In this document: in pieces, positions 28,128-36,565 of the stretch
Position numbering within the stretch: the stretch's first letter is position 1
Layout of the letters: each line of letters opens with the position of its first letter
Assembly (NCBI GenBank): GCA_001818315.1
Contig: MHKF01000013.1
Span: forward strand, 14,612-78,611
Direction of reading: 5' to 3'
Source of the DNA: Candidatus Kerfeldbacteria bacterium RIFCSPLOWO2_02_FULL_42_19
Lineage (GTDB): Bacteria > Patescibacteriota > Patescibacteriia > HO2-48-17
Length of the DNA: 64,000 nucleotides
Translations under genes and position numbers: made by a program
Notes under the pieces: generated by a model
Databases searched by the model: none
The model's input: the letters and a program-made list of their open reading frames with translations, nothing else
What the model was told of the DNA's origin: nothing

Positions 28128-30407
28128 TTAATACCATTCTTGTAACGCTACGCCAGTGTAATAATACGTAAGGATCCAATCCCAACTTTTTCCCTCGTTT
28201 GCAAAATGGCGTGCTCCAGCTGCGCTCATGCCAATCCCGTGACCGAGTAATTCTTTTTCTGTACAACAAGGATCCGGTACAGAAACAAGCCACGGTTTTG
28301 GTCCGCCAGCCCACACTTCTTCCCATGCTCGTGTACGCCCATCGCTTTGTGAAAAATAAGGAGTTACGACTACTTCACCTTGATATGTTACGACTCTGCC
28401 ACTTGTTTCTTTCGCGGCTTTGGCAATATTCGATGCGCGACTCTCGAATCCAAAGCCACGGTATAATTGATCTGCGGCCGTTGCAGTGAGTAAAAAAGGT
28501 GCACCGGCATATTTTGTTGGATTTTGATAATGATACAGTGCGTATGTTCGCGCAGCAGTCATGAGTGCTTTGAGATAATCCACGTCGTTTTCATTACCTG
28601 CTTCTGCAATGCCGTAGAGATAGGATTCAAGCGGAAGTTCATTCACAACCCACAATGTTTGCGTTTTATTATTCACAACAAGTTCGAGAGCGCCTCGAAA
28701 AGTATTATCATTCAATGCCGCATTCCAAGGTGGCCGATTTTCATAATTCACAATTTCGATGACTCCCTTTTTCGCTTCACTCGTCACTCGAAAAGGTTGC
28801 GGATCACTATAGCTGCGATCAGCGATACTTGCGGTATAGACTGCGTTCTGATAATTCAATACAACGATAGTGTCCTCTGAGAACGTCTCGAGGATTTCAC
28901 CGTTTGTTCTTTGTAACGTCAATGTACCGTAAAAACTTTTCATCTGCACTGAATTTTGTGGTTCATAAAGTCCAATGCGAATATTTGGTTCATTCGCTGC
29001 TTTTTTCGTGTTGCCTGGTTTTTGTTTGACGATGACAGGTAATCTTACATGCCCACCGGAAATCCATGTGAGATTTTCACTCACGATGTGAAAATTTTCA
29101 ACATAGTTTCCTTGCGTTTCTGGTGCTTTGAGTGCGGAAGTAAATCGTCCAATTTCTCCTGGCGTTACTTTTTTCTGATCAAGCCGTGTTGGACGATAAG
29201 GAAATTCTTTCCAGGATTCGTGCTGAAAGGGACTCGTTCGACCGCTTGGATCAGCAACATTTAACGCGATAAAATTTTCGCCGTCATTATACCATGGAGA
29301 ACGACCGGTATTTTTGAACTCGACCCAAAATGTAAATGCCTGACCAGGTGTAATATTCATGGTATCGAAACTCTGACTCACCTTTTTTGCGCTATAGAGT
29401 GGCGGTGGATCGTTTACTTTAATTTTGAGTGTTACTTCCCCTCCCGGGATCCAAAGGAGGTTTTCAGCAACGAGTGCAAATGATTCTTCAAAAGTACCGC
29501 CCGCATCCGGCGCTTGGAGTGCAAAAAAAATACGCGTCGTTTTCCCTGGAGGTACTTCGTTATCTTTCATTATTGCCGGCCGAAAAGATTTTGGCCAAAA
29601 CATATGATGAAAAAAACTTTCACGACCGGCTGGGTTTGTGACATTCAGTGCGATAAAATGCTTTCCGGTAGATCGCCATGTTTCGGTGCCAGTATTTTGA
29701 AAATCCACCCAAAATGTTGCTGCTTTCCCGGCATCAATGTGGAGAGTCTTGTAACTTTCTGCGATTTTTTTTGACTGCCATTTTTTTGATGTGACGGCAG
29801 CTTTGTTTTGTATATTATTTTGAGTATGTTTCGTTTTGCTTGGCTGTGTTCTATTGTGTTGGAGCTGGGGTTTTTTTTGAGACTGTGGAAACGTGACTGA
29901 AGTCAATAAAACATGTGTGGCATAGGTATGCGCGAGATTTTCCCAATCTGCGCGAGCGAGCGGGAGCGTAGATTCATGTGAGTTAGGTTCACTGGATCGT
30001 GTTGGTTTATTTCTTTGTACATCCAAGGGTCTGAGTGAACGTTGTTCCTGAATACGTATGAGAGGAAGTGCCGGCGGCGCGCCATATGTTCCAATATATC
30101 CTTGCGAGAGAATATCGGAAATTTGTTTGTCAGTAGTGATGTTTGGACGAGTATTTTTATTGTTTGTGGAATGAGCGATAGAGGGCTCGACGCTCATTGC
30201 TTCAAAAGAATTTTTTGCCAAGGACTCATGTTGCAACCCCAGCACAATGCTTACAAGACTTATAACACCAAAACAGGCTATAAAAAAAGAAAGAACATGC
30301 CCAAAAACATTGAGTTGCGGTTGAAGCACTCGGCGTCTTCGAAAATTTTTCTGCCGGTGCGGCCACACACAAACTGCACGAACAACAAGTTTGTGTTTCT
30401 CTTGCAT
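28128..30407 (-). CDS. SpoIID/LytB-domain protein with two tandem N-terminal ~115-aa repeat domains
   Basis: 759 aa. The C-terminal SpoIID domain runs YRGFGFESRASNIAKAAKETSGRVVTYQGEVVVTPYFSQSDGRTRAWEEVW. The two upstream repeats are visibly similar to each other (FWVDFQNTG... and FWVEFKNTG...). Confidence 0.8.
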   Translation of the reverse strand: MQEKHKLVVRAVCVWPHRQKNFRRRRVLQPQLNVFGHVLSFFIACFGVISLVSIVLGLQHESLAKNSFEAMSVEPSIAHSTNNKNTRPNITTDKQISDILSQGYIGTYGAPPALPLIRIQEQRSLRPLDVQRNKPTRSSEPNSHESTLPLARADWENLAHTYATHVLLTSVTFPQSQKKPQLQHNRTQPSKTKHTQNNIQNKAAVTSKKWQSKKIAESYKTLHIDAGKAATFWVDFQNTGTETWRSTGKHFIALNVTNPAGRESFFHHMFWPKSFRPAIMKDNEVPPGKTTRIFFALQAPDAGGTFEESFALVAENLLWIPGGEVTLKIKVNDPPPLYSAKKVSQSFDTMNITPGQAFTFWVEFKNTGRSPWYNDGENFIALNVADPSGRTSPFQHESWKEFPYRPTRLDQKKVTPGEIGRFTSALKAPETQGNYVENFHIVSENLTWISGGHVRLPVIVKQKPGNTKKAANEPNIRIGLYEPQNSVQMKSFYGTLTLQRTNGEILETFSEDTIVVLNYQNAVYTASIADRSYSDPQPFRVTSEAKKGVIEIVNYENRPPWNAALNDNTFRGALELVVNNKTQTLWVVNELPLESYLYGIAEAGNENDVDYLKALMTAARTYALYHYQNPTKYAGAPFLLTATAADQLYRGFGFESRASNIAKAAKETSGRVVTYQGEVVVTPYFSQSDGRTRAWEEVWAGGPKPWLVSVPDPCCTEKELLGHGIGMSAAGARHFANEGKSWDWILTYYYTGVALQEWY

Positions 30408-30514
30408 ATTTTTTTATTTTTGTTTTCCGAATCAAACTAATTTAATTTTAGCATAAAAATGCTTAAGAGTCAAAGTAATCATAGGTACATTCAAATCCCT
30501 CTGCATCATATTTT

Positions 30515-30698
30515 GGGACTGTCGTCGAATACGCTTTCGTCTGTGAAAGTGAATTTCAATCATAGAAAAAAGAGGAGGAAGACTCTCGCTTTCGAAGCAC
30601 TGACAGGGCACAGTGTGCTGAGAAAGGAGAGTCTTCCTCCTCTTTTGATGATCACGATTTCTTTTTCACAGAAGAAAGCGTATTCGGCGACAGACCCC
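30515..30698 (+). repeat. MITE-like element, type A, full length
   Basis: TIRs GGGACTGTCGTCGAATACGCTTTCGTCTGTGAAA...TTTCACAGAAGAAAGCGTATTCGGCGACAGACCCC, an 18-bp stem AAGAGGAGGAAGACTCTC, and the conserved core. Confidence 0.85.
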
Positions 30699-30761
30699 AT
30701 GAATACATTTCTGTCATTTTTTTCGACATTATTTATAATATAGATATCACGCTGTCGTGTA

Positions 30762-30777
30762 TGTTCCACGTGGAACA
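30762..30777. promoter_or_regulatory. perfect 16-bp palindrome TGTTCCACGTGGAACA (copy 1 of 4)
   Basis: Exact palindrome 170 bp upstream of the TrmB-family gene. Confidence 0.5.
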
Positions 30778-30947
30778 TTGAGTACCATGAAATTGGTTTA
30801 GCAACTAGCCCCAGGGAATGAAATTTTTTGTGCGCATGTTGAATGACCCTATGCTAAGAGCGTAAGGAAAAAACAAGTGATATGCGCTGATCAATTTCAT
30901 GGTGCACTTCAATTGTAAATTTTTAGAGAATATCGAATTGAAATACT

Positions 30948-31676
30948 ATGGATCTCGAAGTTGTACTCAAAACTCTCGGTCTTTCTGCGAAGGAGGCCAA
31001 AATTTATCTCGCTTGTTTACAGTATGGGGAGTTGAATGTATCAAAAATTGCACAGTTTTCTGGACTCAAACGTTCAACATGCTATGCAATTCTCGAGGGA
31101 CTTGTTACGAAAAAGCTTGTTATAAGTCCTACGATGTCTGACAAAAAGCGATATCATGCTGTTGAACCAGCCGAGCTTTTGTTCCACGTGGAACATCAGA
31201 AACAACTTCTCGAGCAATATCTTCCAACGTTCAATTCACTTGCATTCCAAGAGGCACCTCACTTTGGAATTCTATCTGGATCGAGTGGACTGCCGTTTCT
31301 TCAAAAACAGATAGAATCCCAATCGCTTGTGTATATTGTCGGTTCATTTCACACTGTGACTCCATTGCTGCGCAATCTGATGCTTGGATTATTCTCCCAA
31401 ATGAAGACGGGTGCCGGAAAAATACATCTGTACCTTCCTCCATTACCTCATGACATTGCTTTTTCTGAACAGCATGCCGACAATTTTCAAATACGTTTTG
31501 TTCCACGTGGAACAATTTTTGACAGTTTTAGTATTATTTCCGAATTTTTTTGCGCAACATTTATTACAAATAAAAGTGACATGCAGATCATTTTTTTAGA
31601 ACATAAAGGAATTATGAAAACATGGTGGCAGATGCTTCAGCTCATGGATAATGTTTTGTCTGTAAAAAAGGCTTAG
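30948..31676 (+). CDS. TrmB-family (winged-HTH) transcriptional regulator
   Basis: An N-terminal domain that looks TrmB-like to me (GLSAKEAKIYLACLQYGELNVSKIAQFSGLKRSTCYAILEGLVTKKLV) and a C-terminal effector domain. Confidence 0.7.
   Translation: MDLEVVLKTLGLSAKEAKIYLACLQYGELNVSKIAQFSGLKRSTCYAILEGLVTKKLVISPTMSDKKRYHAVEPAELLFHVEHQKQLLEQYLPTFNSLAFQEAPHFGILSGSSGLPFLQKQIESQSLVYIVGSFHTVTPLLRNLMLGLFSQMKTGAGKIHLYLPPLPHDIAFSEQHADNFQIRFVPRGTIFDSFSIISEFFCATFITNKSDMQIIFLEHKGIMKTWWQMLQLMDNVLSVKKA
31180..31195. promoter_or_regulatory. palindrome TGTTCCACGTGGAACA (copy 2, inside the TrmB CDS, encodes FHVEH)
   Basis: Exact 16-mer. Confidence 0.5.
31499..31514. promoter_or_regulatory. palindrome TGTTCCACGTGGAACA (copy 3, inside the TrmB CDS in a different codon phase, encodes VPRGT)
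   Basis: Exact 16-mer. Confidence 0.5.
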
Positions 31677-31702
31677 AAATATGCCATGTTTCGGAAAACT
31701 AA

Positions 31703-31872
31703 GGGACTGTCGTCGAATGTTATTTCTTGTTCAATATACAAAACAAAGGAGGCGGATGAGAACTTTCGAAGCACTGACAATGCACAGTGTGCTTCGAAAG
31801 TTCTCATCCGCCTCCTCTTTTGCTTATGACTAAAATTCATTTTCACGAGTGAAAGCGCATTCGGTGACAGTC
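31703..31872 (+). repeat. MITE-like element, type A
   Basis: TIRs GGGACTGTCGTCGAATG...GCGCATTCGGTGACAGTCC. Stem AAGGAGGCGGATGAGAAC/GTTCTCATCCGCCTCCTCTT around the core CTTTCGAAGCACTGACAATGCACAGTGTGCTTCGAAAG. Confidence 0.85.
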
Positions 31873-31954
31873 CACTCAAGGATACCGCGAAGCAATGCAA
31901 TCTCATTTGAGTTGATTCGATATATTCAACGAGTGCCGAAGGTGTTTTGCAATA

Positions 31955-32118
31955 GGGGTCTGTCGCCGAATACGCTTTCGTCTGTGAAATCGTAGAATTT
32001 CGTGACAGAACCGCTGAATAAATTTTGAGGTTTATATAGAATATAAGCTGAAAAATTTTGAAGCGATGCTGGCCGAAATGCTACGATTGCAACAGAAATG
32101 GTATTCGGCGACAGACCC
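31955..32118 (+). repeat. MITE-like element, type B (second copy)
   Basis: Differs from the 9641-9803 copy at only a few positions. Confidence 0.85.
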
Positions 32119-32253
32119 AATAGGGAGATATTGAGCTTTGATATCAATGAACCTTCGCGCAAAAAGCTGATGCTGTATTCTCAACTTCAAAACGCATATT
32201 TTTTACATTTGTGGCAAAAAATTGTTTTGTATCGTATTCATTTCAAACAGATT

Positions 32254-32269
32254 GTTCCACGTGGAACAT
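32254..32269. promoter_or_regulatory. palindrome TGTTCCACGTGGAACA (copy 4)
   Basis: Exact 16-mer, 580 bp downstream of the TrmB gene. Confidence 0.5.
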
Positions 32270-32761
32270 TGCAGGAATAAAATCATTCAATTGTGTGTTT
32301 ATTGCATTGGGAATTGCGCATTTCACTGAATTTCTATCGCAAAAGTTTGATACACATCGCTGTGTGAGTAGGAAATGCAATTTATTTCACTCTTCGCCTT
32401 TTCCACGAACTTTGCTGCAATGTGTAAATCATGTGTGGTTGATTTTAGAAAACTACTCTCCATGAGTTATGAGAGTTCTTGACCTTGGAATTCTCAATAA
32501 TACATAATCAACGATAATGGGGATTTTTAATTATTATAGCATAAAATTTACAGAAATACAATTTTGTAGTATAAAATGTTATTATGGTTGACAAAATTCT
32601 ATTTTTGGAGTATAATTTATAGTCTTAAAAGTACCTTTAAATAAACTAACACGGGTAGGTGTGGAGTGCCTCTATCTGACCCCCCACCTCCCACTTGTGT
32701 AAGCGTCGCTGTCTGTACATCGAAACAGATAAAGCGATGCGACCGAAGAAAGGATAAAGAG

Positions 32762-33589
32762 ATGAAAAATTTCGCAGGAATCGTGTTTTTCTTTTTGTAT
32801 TTTTTGGTTTCGGTTACCGCCCCAATGGCGCAGGAAGAAGAAGTGCGACCTGCTGGGTATGCGGAGGTTGGAGGGGGTATCGATAGTTATGCAGGCACCC
32901 ACGCGTTTTTCATTGACGCGGACGGTTGTTTGATGGGTTGGTGCTTGGGTCTCCGCGCGGGCGTCCCACCGAAGACAGCCGAGGTGGCGGGCGTTTATGT
33001 CCAAACCGTCAATATTTACGGCGGTTTCCACCTCATTAACATGGTGGAAGGGCATGACCGCGCTGCGCTTCGGATTATGGGTGGCGTTGCATCGTTCCCG
33101 CTTCCGGACACCGAGGAGTGGAACTACGACGAAGTTAAAACCGGTGAGGCCTGGAGCGATGCCGTGCTCCGGTTGAACGCCTTCGAGGTCGGCGGGAAAT
33201 TCGGTCGGCGTTGGTTCCCTGGCGAAGTTGCGCCGCATGTCTTCCTCTGGGAAGGCGAGGGAAAATTGTATCTTTCAAACAATTTTTCCTTCGGGGCGCG
33301 GATTGGCTCGCCGGAGCTCCCTCGCATCACGTTGAAAAATCAAAATTTTGTCCATCCTGGACATCAGATTGATTTTTCGATCAATATCGGGCAGCCGTAT
33401 TGGGGATTTTGGGGGGCGGAACTCTTCGGCGGATTCCAACCCTCTGATGAGGGCGGCGGCCACTTCGGGTTTCGGCTGCACCTCCGGTATCCATTCAAAC
33501 CGGAGTGGAAAGATTCGAAGCGAGAGGGACCGAAAAAACCGAAAATCCGACCGAGTTATCCTCCGCCCAGCGGCCCCGCTCCCAGATGA
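32762..33589 (+). CDS. GC-rich exported beta-rich protein (outer-membrane beta-barrel-like), likely horizontally acquired
   Basis: About 58% GC against about 40% for the rest of the window. Signal peptide MKNFAGIVFFFLYFLVSVTAPMA, alternating hydrophobic beta-strand pattern, Gly/aromatic-rich, and a Pro-rich tail. The upstream extension of the called ORF is not supported. Confidence 0.5.
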   Translation: MKNFAGIVFFFLYFLVSVTAPMAQEEEVRPAGYAEVGGGIDSYAGTHAFFIDADGCLMGWCLGLRAGVPPKTAEVAGVYVQTVNIYGGFHLINMVEGHDRAALRIMGGVASFPLPDTEEWNYDEVKTGEAWSDAVLRLNAFEVGGKFGRRWFPGEVAPHVFLWEGEGKLYLSNNFSFGARIGSPELPRITLKNQNFVHPGHQIDFSINIGQPYWGFWGAELFGGFQPSDEGGGHFGFRLHLRYPFKPEWKDSKREGPKKPKIRPSYPPPSGPAPR

Positions 33590-33783
33590 TTTCAACAATG
33601 TTGCGCTCCCGTGTAGCACAAAAAAACACGTGAGGTGCAACAAAATATTCGAGTTCATTTACGAAAACCTCTCTTGATTTCCATGCAGCATTTCTACCTT
33701 CTATATGGAATCAGAGAGGTTTTTTCGTTACAAAAAAATACCTTGTAGTCGCTCTCTGTTCGGTATATTTGTTCATTCAATGA

Positions 33784-33912
33784 GACGCTGTCGCTGGATA
33801 ACGTTTCTTATACAATAAAAAAAGAGGGGGAAGATTCTCCCTTTCGAAGCACTAACACTGCACAGTGTGCTGAGATAGGGAGAATCTTCCCCCTCGTTGT
33901 TATTATGACAAG
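33784..33912 (+). repeat. MITE type A, degenerate copy (eroded TIRs, intact stem and core)
   Basis: Stem GAGGGGGAAGATTCTCCC/GGGAGAATCTTCCCCCTC flanks the core CTTTCGAAGCACTAACACTGCACAGTGTGCTGAGATAG. Confidence 0.55.
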
Positions 33913-33962
33913 TTAATTTTTCCAAGTCATCTACATCTTCTCATAGAGCAACTCTGAAGAGT

Positions 33963-34487
33963 TTAATAAATAGCGACGGTCGTTGCTTTGCGCCCGAATT
34001 GCCGCGCTTCATTACAGGTTGGAAACCAGAGATCTACTGCGTGCCAGAAGCGGGGATTCATGCGATCGCCAACGATAAATTTCTTTTTCTCAAACCCTCT
34101 CAACTCGGGGAATGCTACTTCTGTATTAAAGCGCAAAAAATTCGCGGCAATAATCTCTGGCGCTACATGTTGCCCTGATGCAGTAATAAATGGACTGCTA
34201 TCGGTATAGGCGGGATGACTGCAATAAGCGGTAGCCCACACTCTCAGCAGTTGCTTGGGTTGTGGCGGTTCAGGCTCTTTTGGTAATGGAGTCACGGGTA
34301 TCGCCGGACCGTAACTTATGAGATCTACTGCCTCACGATATTCTTGTATGAGCGAAACCTCAGAGACTTTTTGTGTTTCTGGTTTGTTCGTTTCGCTTCC
34401 ACCGATACTCGACAGTTGCATTAAAAAGGAAAAAAATAAACTCAATGGAAGTGATGTACTGCTCGCAATCGGAATATCACCGATCAT
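33963..34487 (-). CDS. 3D-domain protein (MltA-type lytic transglycosylase-like, YuiC-like), signal peptide
   Basis: RVWATAYCSHPAYTDSSPFITASGQHV...IVGDRMNPRFWHAVDLWF. I recognise this as the 3D (three-aspartate) domain of the YuiC group. Confidence 0.7.
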   Translation of the reverse strand: MIGDIPIASSTSLPLSLFFSFLMQLSSIGGSETNKPETQKVSEVSLIQEYREAVDLISYGPAIPVTPLPKEPEPPQPKQLLRVWATAYCSHPAYTDSSPFITASGQHVAPEIIAANFLRFNTEVAFPELRGFEKKKFIVGDRMNPRFWHAVDLWFPTCNEARQFGRKATTVAIY

Positions 34488-34834
34488 AGCGCTCGATCAA
34501 TAATAAGTACGTGCAATAGATGATATACTCGTCAAGCTTCTTTATGCTCCATAGAAATGAGGCATTTTACAAAAAAATTTTGTAAAACGCGCATTCTATT
34601 GCGTAAGCGATGCGACGAATGTATATATCAATGCACATAGACCCTCACCTGCCGCGCTCCAACGGAAATCAAAAAATTCAGCAAGAATACGCTGAATTTT
34701 TGTGTTGGAGTATCAAAGCAGTATAGCGCAGAAGTTGTTTTTGGTCAAGGGTAACGCGTTACATAGAAGCGACTGAACAATGCTATACTGCAATGAGAAC
34801 ACATCGACTTTATTTTTCATTTTAACCTATACCT

Positions 34835-35788
34835 ATGTTTCTTTTTGCCCCTATTACTTTCATAACCGCTGCTTTCACTTTTGTTATCAGCATTGCCATG
34901 CTTGTCATCGCCCTTTCGCAGGATACGCCCGTCATCGGACGTCCTCAGGCCGTACGGCACGCCTTCTTTTCCATATTAACACTACTCTCGCTCATGACCT
35001 CGGCGGCAAGCATTGTGTTTCTTACCCATGTTGGTTTCCGTATCTGGGTATTTCCGGACGCGCAGTATGAGCAATTTGGCTATAATTATCCACCGGGGCT
35101 TTATATCAATGCGCCAGAAAACGGTGTGCCTATAAAAATTGATTGCAAAATCCAAGAAACATGCACCCTCACCGATAATCAAAAAGATAGTATAAAAACA
35201 TGGATGGAAGATTATAAAAATTGGAGATCACAAAACGAAATTACTATTCGCAATCGCACTCACGCAATTAATGCGCTCTCTATACTCATCGTTGCCCTAC
35301 CGATCTTTTTTCTGAGTTATACTATCATGACACGCTCTTTTGCAACGACACAAAAAAAGAGCGCAACGCAACACGTCTATTATTATGGCGTTTCGTTCAC
35401 AACACTAGTGATGATACTCGTATCGGTCGGCCTTCTTGTGAATGCTTTAATGAATCAGTTATTGTTGCCGGAAAAAAAGGGGAACAATCCGCCCTTTCGA
35501 CCCTATGATACGACAGCGATCGCGAATGTGGAAAATGTCGTTGCTTGCACTGAAGAGTGTTCATTGCCAGCAGAATATAAAGATTTGGCAACGCAGTGGC
35601 AAAAAGATACGCAAATGTTTACAGACAGACAAAATACTCTTAATCGCTATCACACAACGTACGCCGTAACACTTCCCATCATGTTGATTGCGAGTCTTAT
35701 ATTCAGCTGGCACGCATCTCTCATTCGCAAACGTAATCAAGAAGAAGTATCTCCAACGACGGCGCCTACAAAAAAGACGAGTGTTTAA
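34835..35788 (+). CDS. hypothetical polytopic membrane protein
   Basis: 317 aa, at least 5 TM helices. No family recognised. Confidence 0.45.
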   Translation: MFLFAPITFITAAFTFVISIAMLVIALSQDTPVIGRPQAVRHAFFSILTLLSLMTSAASIVFLTHVGFRIWVFPDAQYEQFGYNYPPGLYINAPENGVPIKIDCKIQETCTLTDNQKDSIKTWMEDYKNWRSQNEITIRNRTHAINALSILIVALPIFFLSYTIMTRSFATTQKKSATQHVYYYGVSFTTLVMILVSVGLLVNALMNQLLLPEKKGNNPPFRPYDTTAIANVENVVACTEECSLPAEYKDLATQWQKDTQMFTDRQNTLNRYHTTYAVTLPIMLIASLIFSWHASLIRKRNQEEVSPTTAPTKKTSV

Positions 35789-35791
35789 TTT

Positions 35792-35866
35792 TGGAGCGGG
35801 TAACGGGATTCGAACCCGTCTCATCTGCTTGGAAGGCAGATATAATAGCCCCTATACGATACCCGC
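35792..35866 (-). tRNA. tRNA-Gly(TCC), CCA encoded
   Basis: Reverse complement GCGGGTATCGTATAGGGGCTATTATATCTGCCTTCCAAGCAGATGAGACGGGTTCGAATCCCGTTACCCGCTCCA. Anticodon loop CTTCCAA. Confidence 0.8.
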
Positions 35867-35944
35867 GACATGACACATCTTCACGGAACTCGCGCTGAAG
35901 ATGTATGAGCAATCATACTATAAGCGTCCGTCGTTCTCAAACTT

Positions 35945-36517
35945 TCAGGAAGTTGATTTTGGTGTCATCTCCCGAAGTTTTTTATAGACAGCAAGAGTTG
36001 CATGCGCATCCGAAAGAGCTTCGTGTTCTTTATTCAGTGGCACATGAAAATATGTCGTCAATTCTTTCAGACTAAATTTTTTCAATTCTGGAACATCATG
36101 CAGTACCAGAAATGCCATGGACATGATATCGAGACGATGATAGTGTAACGTATCTTCGAGCCCTTCGCTGGATAAAGCCCTCCGCAAAAACGCCCAATCA
36201 AATGAAATATTCTGCCCGATGAGCAGTCCATCATTTGCGTCTTCTAAAAACTGCGCGAGAGCTTGACGCAGAGGCATAGCATCCGACCAATCCCGTTTCT
36301 CATATTGAATAATCGAAAGCGCAAACGGATCAGCTGTTTCGAGATGTTTTACCTGCACTTGCAAAGATTTTTCTTTCAGGATACGCAGCGTGTGTTGATC
36401 AGCCACAACGTATGCGAGTTCTATAATTTCATGTTGCTCGGGGATAATGCCTGTTGTTTCAATATCAAAAAATACGAGCGGATGATTTCGCATATTGACG
36501 AGCTGCTGTTTGCGCAT
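35945..36517 (-). CDS. DEDDh 3'-5' exonuclease (DnaQ/epsilon-like)
   Basis: Exo I VFFDIETTG, Exo II ISFDWAFL, Exo III HEALSDAHATLAVYKKL. Confidence 0.8.
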   Translation of the reverse strand: MRKQQLVNMRNHPLVFFDIETTGIIPEQHEIIELAYVVADQHTLRILKEKSLQVQVKHLETADPFALSIIQYEKRDWSDAMPLRQALAQFLEDANDGLLIGQNISFDWAFLRRALSSEGLEDTLHYHRLDIMSMAFLVLHDVPELKKFSLKELTTYFHVPLNKEHEALSDAHATLAVYKKLREMTPKSTS

Positions 36518-36565
36518 ACATTGTGCAGTTAAAAAGTCTATCGGCCTCTCCCGTGCAAGAAGGCG

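Noticed and set aside
32672-33677. Antisense and alternative-frame ORFs (68-188 aa) across the GC-rich island
   Set aside because: Same GC artefact. Only the + frame starting at 32762 has a signal peptide, an RBS and a coherent protein-like sequence.
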